Shown: piece by piece, positions 34,524 through 41,146 of the stretch
Numbering within the stretch: position 1 is the stretch's first letter
Layout: the number at the start of each line of letters is the position of its first letter
Origin: Desulfobacterales bacterium
GTDB lineage: Bacteria; Desulfobacterota; DSM-4660; Desulfatiglandales; Desulfatiglandaceae
Direction of reading: 5' to 3'
Length of the DNA stretch: 41,146 nucleotides
Assembly (NCBI GenBank): GCA_027024445.1
Contig: JALVSJ010000202.1
Location: 1 to 41,146, forward strand
Notes under the pieces: model-generated
Told to the model about the DNA's origin: nothing
Database searches by the model: none
The model's input: only the letters and a program-made list of their open reading frames with translations
Program-made: the position numbers and the translations under genes

Positions 34524-36896
34524 TTATTGTGTGCTGCCCTGGAATATCCCGGTTGCACCATGACCTCGTCCGTCAGTCATTCCCCAAGCACCACCAACGT
34601 ACTCCGCATTTGGGCCATAGAAGGAGCCCGCTCCAGAATGTTGATTCGCAGTTATGGAGCCAGCAGCGGGCGTAGAAAGCCGCCAGGTGCCACCGGAGAG
34701 GCTGAATTGTCCCCCGTTAAGCGCACCACCCGCACCTATAATGGAAGCTCCATAGCCCCCGCCTGATACTGCAAGGTTAAAACCAGAAACGTTTCCGCTG
34801 GTGAAGTCCACCTGGCAATTGAAATTGCCGTTCATCAGGATACCCCCACCATTGCTTAAGGCTCTCCAGAAGGTACCATAGGCGTTTCCGCTATACCCCA
34901 CAACACCAGTCAGGCCAGAAATGACTTCGTCCCTAGTTGTCAGGCCGAACAAATAGTAAGCCCTATTGTCGACCTGAAAGTCCTGCCCGGTACTAGGGTC
35001 TGTCCAGGCCGAGGTCATTGTCCAGTATCCCCACTCCATATATGAATTGTGCCCTAGCTCTGTTGCAGTTATTGGGTATGCAGTTCCAAGTGGGCCCGAA
35101 TCGACATACCCTGAGTCCGTGACTATTCTCGTCACATACGAGGTTGTATTATCAACAAAGCCCGGATTCAATGTCATCAAGTCGCCACCAGTTGATACTG
35201 AGGTCGCACTGATACTGGAGGAGTCGAAATCCTGGCCACTTCCGCTAACGTAGACATTTGACAAAGTTAATGTGTAATTATCCGAGAGAAGCGCTGAAAA
35301 ATATCCTATGTGTCTTCCGCTCGTCGTGTTCTCGGGCACATTCTGATCATTGGTGCTGTCGCCCTGTTCACCAATTGCACCTGCAAAAGATCCATCAAGC
35401 AGGCCAAATGGGATTGCTCTTTCTCCCTTTTTCTCTGCTTTTACCCTTTTCTCTGTTTCCACCCCGGTGTCTTCTTCGAATTTCCTGAGATAGTCAGGGG
35501 TGTAGGGAACAACTTGCCCGGTTTCACAATCATACTTGTACCCTGCAGGAACCTCTTTGCCGTCTACAGCCAACAGCCCGTCTGCGCAAAAGGCCTCGGT
35601 ACAATACTGTGCCCCTCCGCCCCCCGCTGAGGCCAGCATGAAGGCCTGGGCAGCATCGGTTGACGCAACCATCGGACACCCCTCTGATGCTGTCTTCTCT
35701 TCTATGCGCCTCACATACACGCCAAATTTGGTTCCCCTGACACCCACAACCGCAGTCGGCGTCTTTACGCGAAAAGCCATCTGTTTGTACCTGAACAGGC
35801 GCAAGGCAAAAAACATGGCCTTGCCCTTCAGCATGCTGAAAAATGAGGTCTTCTTTTTCTCCTCCCTTTTGTCCTGGTACTGGTCAACTGCAAACTCTGT
35901 GTTGGCTGCCATGCTCACCAGGTCATCATCAAAAAAGTTGATGCGGCATCTGGAATTGTCCAGGGTATAGACAGCATCGTTTTGATAAATGATATCCCCG
36001 GGTCTTGCAAAATATGCCTCTCTGGTGGCCCTGTGCAGGACCACAACATGGCCCAGCATGGCCTGAATAGACCCGGCCCGTTTTTCTGTGCTCGGGACAA
36101 AATAGTCTCTGATGGTAATCCCTCTCAGGGCCTCCGGCAGGGGGCCTGCCACAGGCGGGGTTCCTCTAGTTGGTCTGGTCTGGGGCTTGGCAACCACTCT
36201 GGGTTTGGGTTTTGAAACAGGAGCGGGTTTTTTCTGTTTGAAAAGTGGTACACCCTCTTCTTTTTTCTTCCTTGGGACAACCTTGGGCCTGGGAGCTTTT
36301 TTCTCCGCTACCCTGGGGGCAGGAGGCGGCAGCAGCATTCTTACTGCTTCAGAAACATCTCCAAAAACATGGATCTCACTTCTACGGTTGAGCGCTCTCC
36401 CGGAAGTCGTCTTGTTGGAGGCTATTGGATTTACGGGTCCATATCCATTGACAATTATACGCGAGGGGTCAAGATAATATTTTTCGACTAATACACGTTT
36501 GACCTCTTGAGCACGCTTGAGGGAAAGCCTTTTATTCAACCACGCAGGGCCGGTATTGTCGGTGTATCCTCTTATTACAAGGCGGTATGAACGCCTCTCG
36601 GGAGTCTTTAGTGCGTCTGCTAATTCAAGCAGCAGCTTCTGGTACTTCTTCCCCACCGCGGCTGAATTTACCGGGTAGTGGATAGTGAGTACCTTCCCCA
36701 GGTAGACCTCTCCCTTGGCATTCTTGTGGGCCAACTCCTGGGACTTTAAAAAAGCAAGCGGGCTGAGGGGCTTGTTCCCTGCTGCCGTTACTGTATGTGC
36801 AAAACAAATGGATAGTCCCAAAATCACAGCACCAAAAAGATGAATGACCCGGGCTGCTTGTCCTCTTTGCTTGCCTTTTCTCTGACATTCCATCAT
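34524..36896 (-). CDS. Exported multidomain protein: OmpA-like peptidoglycan-binding domain, Pro/Lys-rich linker, FecR-like domain, and a C-terminal TbpB/fHbp-type beta-barrel-like domain
   Basis: 790 aa. The signal peptide (VIHLFGAVILGLSICFAHTVTA|AG) has LSIC, which is not a canonical lipobox. OmpA_C-like motifs read RGYTDNTGPAWLNKRLSLKRAQEV...NRRSEI. The linker reads PPPAPRVAEKKAPRPKVVPRKKK...KPKPRVVAKPQ. The FecR-like block reads GHVVVLHRATREAYFARPGDIIYQNDAVYT...SMAANTEF. The last ~133 aa (approx. nt 34527-34925) read VGYSGNAYGTF...NFNCQVDFTSGNVSGF...GGQFSLSG...GAGSFYGPNAEYVGGAWGM...ATGIFQGS. That fits the Y.G.A.G / DF...(I/V)SG / G..F.G / G.FYGP.A.E.GG / G.F pattern of transferrin-binding-protein-B-like barrels. 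Confidence 0.7.
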   Translation of the reverse strand: MMECQRKGKQRGQAARVIHLFGAVILGLSICFAHTVTAAGNKPLSPLAFLKSQELAHKNAKGEVYLGKVLTIHYPVNSAAVGKKYQKLLLELADALKTPERRSYRLVIRGYTDNTGPAWLNKRLSLKRAQEVKRVLVEKYYLDPSRIIVNGYGPVNPIASNKTTSGRALNRRSEIHVFGDVSEAVRMLLPPPAPRVAEKKAPRPKVVPRKKKEEGVPLFKQKKPAPVSKPKPRVVAKPQTRPTRGTPPVAGPLPEALRGITIRDYFVPSTEKRAGSIQAMLGHVVVLHRATREAYFARPGDIIYQNDAVYTLDNSRCRINFFDDDLVSMAANTEFAVDQYQDKREEKKKTSFFSMLKGKAMFFALRLFRYKQMAFRVKTPTAVVGVRGTKFGVYVRRIEEKTASEGCPMVASTDAAQAFMLASAGGGGAQYCTEAFCADGLLAVDGKEVPAGYKYDCETGQVVPYTPDYLRKFEEDTGVETEKRVKAEKKGERAIPFGLLDGSFAGAIGEQGDSTNDQNVPENTTSGRHIGYFSALLSDNYTLTLSNVYVSGSGQDFDSSSISATSVSTGGDLMTLNPGFVDNTTSYVTRIVTDSGYVDSGPLGTAYPITATELGHNSYMEWGYWTMTSAWTDPSTGQDFQVDNRAYYLFGLTTRDEVISGLTGVVGYSGNAYGTFWRALSNGGGILMNGNFNCQVDFTSGNVSGFNLAVSGGGYGASIIGAGGALNGGQFSLSGGTWRLSTPAAGSITANQHSGAGSFYGPNAEYVGGAWGMTDGRGHGATGIFQGSTQ

Positions 36897-36983
36897 TAGC
36901 CCCCTTTACTTACCTTAAGAAAACCGGGATGTCGGTTTTTCATATCTTCTCCACTTTTAGTTTCCCAAATATCCCATCATTCC

Positions 36984-36993
36984 ATTATACCAA
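36984..36993 (-). promoter_or_regulatory. Extended -10 promoter element (TGgTATAAT) for the 790-aa gene
   Basis: The minus strand reads TTGGTATAAT, a perfect TATAAT with an upstream TG. It lies about 90 nt upstream of the ATG, and the leader contains the hairpin aaaaccg-acatc-ccggtttt. An AAGGGGG RBS precedes the start. Confidence 0.45.
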
Positions 36994-37069
36994 GTATCCT
37001 CAGTAAACGGCCATGTACAAGCAGACGAGCAAATGAGAGTTTTTGAAGCTTGAAATCAGGGCATATTAA

Positions 37070-38530
37070 CTAGTACTTCACTCCCACCTGCAATCCGTAA
37101 ATGGTCTTGTCGAACTCATAAAATGGTGTGTTGGAGTCGTTATTGATATAATTGAAATAGATTGTTCCGAAACAATATTTTGAAAAATTTCTGGTCAACC
37201 CGGCATAAAAGTTGTGCCTTTCGTCCTCCCTGTCTCCAGTAAAGCCAAACAGTCTGGCGGGGGGCGGCTGCCCCTTGTAATCTCTATCACTGTATTTGTA
37301 CCGCAGGTAGCATTCTAGGTCCCAGGGAAGCCTCTTTAACAATGATATTCCCAGGTTATATCCATCATAGCTGTATCCATAATCATCAGCGTTGAGATTC
37401 TCATTCGAATAAAAGACAGAAATAATGTCCTTTCTTCCGTTAAGATAAAAATTTGACCTCAACTCCCAGATTCTGTTGATGTTATCCTGTGTCTGCCGCT
37501 CTCTCGAATCATAGTCCTCATCCACATAAGCAAATGTGGCCTTCAGCCCCAGCCATTTAAATACAAAATACTCAAAGGATGGAGCGAAGTCCCAGGTATC
37601 ATATAAGGTATCATCATCGTAGTAGGCCTTTCCATATCCAATTGGCGCCTTAAAGACCATTCTCGAACCCACCCACCATGGACCTGTGGAAACATGCCAC
37701 AGACCAAAGTCAAATTCATCATGGTCAAAATTATGGGTGAAATAGACATTGCCAGCGGCATTCCACATCATGCCATCTCGTTTCCCGAGGTCATAGACCA
37801 CGCTGCCCACGCCACTCAAGACCCCAACCCAATCATCAAGTTCCTGTTGTGTCTCACTGAGCGTGATTAAGCCTCCACCCGGGGTGCCTATGGTCTTTCG
37901 ATCCGGCCCCGCGCTGACATTGCTGTCGTGCTGTACACCAATGCCAAGGCGGGCATGCGGAAAGACCTTCTTCGTCCGCGCATCAATGGCAGCCATCATT
38001 TTTTCAATATTAGCTTTCACCTGTTTAGGGGGATTCAAGGCAAGCACGGTCTTCAGATTCTTGCGCGCCTCCTTATATTGTCCTGCCTGGAACTGGGTAG
38101 CAGCCAGATCAAGCCTTACGCGGTGAAGATCAGGATCAACTGCCAGCATCTCTTTATATTTCTTTATTGCCAGATCCAGCTTTCCTGCACCACGGGCACA
38201 ACTGGCCAGCCAGAACTTGACGTCCATTGTTTCAATCTTTGAGGCCACTGCCTCAAACAAGGGCAGCGCTCGCCCGTACTTGTGCTCATAAAACAGGGTC
38301 AGGGCCTTGGAGAGCTTATCATCAAGGGACTTAATTTCCTGTGGCGACATTTCTTGAAGCTTCTGCTTTGCCTTTTCGTCAAACGCACGGGCAGCAGGGC
38401 TCTTGGCCATGAGCCCCTTTTCCAAGTACCGCTTAGTCCCCTCTTGGGCCAGGGTATTGGACGTAATCAGCCATGAAAAGGATACCAAGAACACTGCTAG
38501 GAGCGTAAAAACGAAGCGATTGATTCTCAT
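37070..38530 (-). CDS. TPR plus outer-membrane beta-barrel protein, Slam/DUF560-like (surface lipoprotein assembly modifier; type XI secretion candidate)
   Basis: 486 aa with a signal peptide (FTLLAVFLVSFSWLITSNTLAQE). About 150 aa are TPR-like (YEHKYGRALPLFEAVAS...AIKKYKEMLAVDPDL...AGQYKEARKNLKTVLALNP). The Gly/aromatic-rich remainder alternates in a beta-strand pattern, opens with GIGVQHDSNVSAGPD and ends in an OMP-type terminal aromatic (..YGLQVGVKY*). The size and layout match Slam proteins. A generic TPR-barrel protein cannot be excluded without an HMM search. Confidence 0.55.
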   Translation of the reverse strand: MRINRFVFTLLAVFLVSFSWLITSNTLAQEGTKRYLEKGLMAKSPAARAFDEKAKQKLQEMSPQEIKSLDDKLSKALTLFYEHKYGRALPLFEAVASKIETMDVKFWLASCARGAGKLDLAIKKYKEMLAVDPDLHRVRLDLAATQFQAGQYKEARKNLKTVLALNPPKQVKANIEKMMAAIDARTKKVFPHARLGIGVQHDSNVSAGPDRKTIGTPGGGLITLSETQQELDDWVGVLSGVGSVVYDLGKRDGMMWNAAGNVYFTHNFDHDEFDFGLWHVSTGPWWVGSRMVFKAPIGYGKAYYDDDTLYDTWDFAPSFEYFVFKWLGLKATFAYVDEDYDSRERQTQDNINRIWELRSNFYLNGRKDIISVFYSNENLNADDYGYSYDGYNLGISLLKRLPWDLECYLRYKYSDRDYKGQPPPARLFGFTGDREDERHNFYAGLTRNFSKYCFGTIYFNYINNDSNTPFYEFDKTIYGLQVGVKY

Positions 38531-38621
38531 GAGGCCTCCGTTTCCCAGGATTTGATTGATTGTAGGTGAGCCATGTTTAGCTTAAGTACAGGAAAGCGAA
38601 GTCAAAACAAGACACGGTGTT

Positions 38622-38651
38622 AAAGTAGCCGATAGTTAGGTTTTATGTCAA
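38622..38651 (-). promoter_or_regulatory. Candidate sigma70 promoter for the Slam-like gene
   Basis: The minus strand reads TTGACA (complement of 38646-38651), an 18-nt spacer, then TACTTT. A GGAGG RBS lies just before the ATG at 38530. Confidence 0.35.
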
Positions 38652-38672
38652 CCTCAAAACGAGTAGATTGGT

Positions 38673-39617
38673 CTATCCAAGTCGATACCTAAAACCATTT
38701 TTGATAATCTCCTTCACTTCCTTTTTGGTAAATCTGAACTTTTCATACAAGATCCTGTACTCACTAGGCAAACTTACCTGGAAAAAGGCAGGGTCATCCG
38801 TGTTCAAGGTAACGGGCACACCGTACTCATAAAGCATCCTGATCGGATGATGGGCCAGATCAGAGACTGCCCCCAATTTCACATTGCCAGTCAGGGAAAT
38901 ATCAAGCGCTATATCCTCATTTGCCAGGTATTCTACCACCCCCCTATCCTTAATGGATGAAATCCCGTGGCCAATTCGATGGGGCCTCAGTTCCCCCAAG
39001 GTCTCCCACACAGCCTCCGGGCCCAGAAATTCTCCGGCATGGGCCACTGCCCCAAGGCCTATTTCCCTTGCCCTCTCAAAGACGGCGGCAAAGGGCCTTA
39101 TGGTTCCTGGCCTCTCCTCACCGGCAAGGTCAATCCCGACAATGCGCCTGTGGGGATACATTTCGATCCAATCAAGTGTTTTCTCTCCTGACACAGGCCC
39201 AAGATTCCTGGGTATTGTGCATATAATCCTTGCGTCAGGGCCATCGTGGGCCTGTAACTCATCAAACGCCCTCCCAACGGCCTCCATGAGGTCCTTAAAA
39301 TCTATGCCCCTTCGCACATGCACATAAGGCATTATTGAGACCTCGCAGTAGACGATATTTTCCCGCTTCAATCTCTCACCAAAAGACCTGGCAATCTCGT
39401 AGAAGTCTTCCGGGGTGTCAAAGTATGGTCCAAGGGCAGGGAAAAGGGCATCGAATTCTTTGAAGTTGGAGAAGCGGTATGGACTTTCCTCAAAGGCAGA
39501 CAACCCCTTTTTTGCAGCCAGATTGTTCAAGGTCTCAACAGATATGCTCCCCTCCAGATGCACATGAAGTTCGGCCTTCGCAATGGTGGCAAGCTCTGTT
39601 ATTCCTTCTTGATCCAT
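38673..39617 (-). CDS. add: Adenosine deaminase family protein
   Basis: 314 aa. The metal-binding signature is AELHVHLEGS, followed by GIDLAGEE, HAGE and TLNTDDP. Confidence 0.85.
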   Translation of the reverse strand: MDQEGITELATIAKAELHVHLEGSISVETLNNLAAKKGLSAFEESPYRFSNFKEFDALFPALGPYFDTPEDFYEIARSFGERLKRENIVYCEVSIMPYVHVRRGIDFKDLMEAVGRAFDELQAHDGPDARIICTIPRNLGPVSGEKTLDWIEMYPHRRIVGIDLAGEERPGTIRPFAAVFERAREIGLGAVAHAGEFLGPEAVWETLGELRPHRIGHGISSIKDRGVVEYLANEDIALDISLTGNVKLGAVSDLAHHPIRMLYEYGVPVTLNTDDPAFFQVSLPSEYRILYEKFRFTKKEVKEIIKNGFRYRLG

Positions 39618-39691
39618 GATCGTTTCCCTCTTTCCTGATTACCTCCAGTATTTATTAAACCTAGCCGTGGCCTTAGCAAAAGATGTGGCAG

Positions 39692-40150
39692 CTATGTCTC
39701 AACGCAATATTTCCGCTGTTTTTTTCCTTCCGAATTTTCTTGGTCTCTCATTTTCACCATATAGTCATGAAGGGCTGCCTGGAGTGTCTCTTCTGCCAAC
39801 TGTGCACAATGAAGATGGCCAGAGGGCAGGCCACCTACATATTCGCTAATGCGGATGGCATCAATTTCCAGGATCTCATCAGGTGTCTTACCCTTAGCCA
39901 GATCTGCCGCAGCACAAACTGAATTGTAGCTATGGGCACAGCCATCGGTCCAGCACGAAGTATCAACAATCTTCCCATCCTGAAATTTTAGAGAGATCTC
40001 CATAGTGTCCCCACACTTCCCCGTTATCTTGGCATGACCATCAGGATCCTTTATACTCGGGTTAAGCAGGTAATAAACAATAAACCAAAGCCCTACTATG
40101 ACAGCCAATATTACTGCTCCCAGGATCAACCACAACAGGTTGTGAATCAA
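39692..40150 (-). CDS. IscU/NifU-N-like Fe-S scaffold domain protein with an N-terminal transmembrane anchor
   Basis: 152 aa. The N-terminal hydrophobic helix reads LLWLILGAVILAVIVGLWFIVYYLL. The three scaffold Cys contexts are GKCGDTM, DGCAHS and HLHCAQLA. Confidence 0.75.
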   Translation of the reverse strand: MIHNLLWLILGAVILAVIVGLWFIVYYLLNPSIKDPDGHAKITGKCGDTMEISLKFQDGKIVDTSCWTDGCAHSYNSVCAAADLAKGKTPDEILEIDAIRISEYVGGLPSGHLHCAQLAEETLQAALHDYMVKMRDQENSEGKKQRKYCVET

Positions 40151-40291
40151 TTTTCACACCCCCCTGTCTCTATTCGAACGCCTCCCGGACAAGCCATGAA
40201 GATATCTCTGGGTACAAATTTTGAGTAATTTTCCTTTTAGGCGCCTTTAAGTTATTATGACGTACTACAGCACCAAATTTAAAGGTTGTCC

Positions 40292-40320
40292 TTGACAGGC
40301 ATATTGATTGCTATCAATAT
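40292..40320 (+). promoter_or_regulatory. Candidate sigma70 promoter overlapped by a perfect 8-4-8 palindromic operator
   Basis: TTGACA (40292-40297), a 17-nt spacer, then CAATAT (40315-40320). The palindrome ATATTGAT-tgct-ATCAATAT (40301-40320) covers the spacer and the -10 element. Confidence 0.45.
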
Positions 40321-40416
40321 AGTTAGATCTTGTCCGTTGCAAGGGGATTCTGCAATAGGGCTGGTCGCGCACAGGGTTAACCCCAGATTATGTGCGAAGC
40401 CCAACCGAATCAATTT

Positions 40417-40681
40417 AAGGCAATGGGATGTTTCCCCTGCCGCCGGCAGACAGGGAAGCAGCGTCGGGAGGTCCTTGGAGGACTGCATCTACCGAATGAG
40501 CCTTCCTTGAACTCTCGTGGCGGTCCGAGCAGGGATGCTCAGGTTACGAACGGCGCAGCCCATCACGATACTCTCGGGCATCCCGTATGGGAGGACCGCC
40601 CCCCTGTAAGGAGTCAGATGCAGTCTGAAAAGGATCTCCCGACGGCGCAGCGAACGTAGCAAAACGATGTCCCATTGCCTT
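40417..40681 (+). ncRNA. Unclassified highly structured element (retron msr/msd-like, or a MITE-like palindromic element); strand tentative
   Basis: Pairings read directly from the sequence. The closing 12-bp stem is aaggcaatggga (40417-40428) with tcccattgcctt (40670-40681), extendable with G-U pairs. A small hairpin spans 40432-40457. A rod-like helix then runs as follows: cgtcgggag (40462-70)/ctcccgacg (40636-44), tcctt/aagga, gactgcatct (40481-90)/agatgcagtc (40616-25), ttccttg/taaggag (with G-U), ggcggtcc (40519-26)/ggaccgcc (40593-600), gggatgc (40532-38)/gcatccc (40578-84). The G-U pairs exist only on the plus strand. No coding ORF is convincing here. Confidence 0.4.
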
Positions 40682-40762
40682 TCATAAAACAGGTGACGCC
40701 GAAAGACTGTTACACGTTGCTCCACAACGCAATTTGAACATTGGCGCATAATCTGGGTTAAT

Positions 40763-41143
40763 ATGAAACTCACCATCTTACTATCAGATATATATCGTGC
40801 AACACTGGCTGAGGACTGCGGAAACGAAGGCTATATAGGTATTGCTCCTGACGGCTCGTCTTACCACGTGGTCGTGCCGGTAGATCGCCAGTTGGCTAGA
40901 GGCCTAAGCCCCATGAGTCCGCCTTCGGATGGGACCCCATTTGCAGGATATAAAGGATGGCACTATTTCTGCTGCCTGACCCATCATAATGACAAGCAAC
41001 ACCCTGACAAGGCAAAACAATATCGCCTTGAGAGGGCAAAAGAAAATGCCTGGCTCATCGAAAGATGGGCAAAGGGTCTCAAATTGGACTTGGAGATCCT
41101 TGACGATCTAACTTCCTCTCCAGATGATAACCTGTCCAAATAG
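40763..41143 (+). CDS. Hypothetical protein (126 aa)
   Basis: A complete ORF that ends 3 nt before the window edge. The composition is non-repetitive (..GWHYFCCLTHHNDKQHPDKAKQYRLERAKENAWLIERWAKG..). No obvious Shine-Dalgarno is present and no family was recognised. It starts 82 nt after the structured element. Confidence 0.4.
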   Translation: MKLTILLSDIYRATLAEDCGNEGYIGIAPDGSSYHVVVPVDRQLARGLSPMSPPSDGTPFAGYKGWHYFCCLTHHNDKQHPDKAKQYRLERAKENAWLIERWAKGLKLDLEILDDLTSSPDDNLSK

Positions 41144-41146
41144 CTC

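Noticed and set aside
40280-40760. Known housekeeping RNA (RNase P RNA, tmRNA, 6S, SRP RNA) as the identity of the structured region
   Set aside because: Neither strand carries the RNase P P4 core (GGAAAGUCCGG / ACAGAACCCGGCUUA) or a tmRNA tRNA-like 3' end (GGUUCGAAUCC..CCA). A GGGAAGCAGC stretch at about 40453-40462 resembles the 3' strand of SRP helix 8. However, the matching 5' strand (..AGGUCAGGUCC-GNRA) is absent and the local fold is a simple hairpin.
40489-40776. 95-aa minus-strand ORF (and 40279-40488 minus; 40286-40510 and 40390-40659 plus) over the structured element
   Set aside because: Several overlapping frames are open only because the region is GC-balanced. The translations are Arg-rich and lack RBS or motifs. 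The dense nested base-pairing argues for an RNA or DNA structural element instead.

Overview
Gene-dense chromosomal window, roughly 50% GC by eye. The gene content looks like an anaerobic Desulfobacterota/Thermodesulfobacteriota-type bacterium (HdrD-like CCG protein, DUF362 Fe-S protein, PflX-like radical SAM, pgpA-cinA-thpR-recA-alaS block). That taxonomic call is inference only. Most of the window is housekeeping: trxA-trxB, bamD, alaS, recA, thpR, cinA, pgpA, larC, dnaE, rarA, pilT and adenosine deaminase. One catabolic island (about 25.0-32.4 kb) encodes reductive pyrimidine or hydantoin degradation: a CN-hydrolase, a class-III aminotransferase, a PreA-like dihydropyrimidine dehydrogenase subunit, a dihydropyrimidinase and a convergent NCS1 permease. 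No PreT-like partner subunit is visible. No rRNA, tRNA, CRISPR array, transposase or integrase was recognised. Four things deserve a second look. (1) 34.5-38.5 kb holds a TPR plus beta-barrel protein that looks like a Slam/DUF560 (type XI secretion) translocon. Next to it is a 790-aa OmpA-like/Pro-Lys linker/FecR-like protein that ends in a TbpB/fHbp-type beta-barrel signature, so it may be a non-lipoprotein cargo. (2) 40.29-41.14 kb, at the right edge, has a near-consensus promoter overlapped by a perfect 8-4-8 palindrome. It drives a roughly 265-nt element with 12-bp closing inverted repeats, a small hairpin and a roughly 185-nt rod-like hairpin (retron msr/msd-like or MITE-like), followed by an orphan 126-aa ORF. 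(3) pilT is tightly coupled to a T2SSE_N-like/degenerate-receiver/DUF4388 (PATAN-type) protein and an internally duplicated 156-aa protein. (4) There are several small repeat and regulatory oddities: a heptamer array, REP-like palindromes, and a terminator abutting larC. All functional calls come from motif recognition by eye, because no database search could be run.
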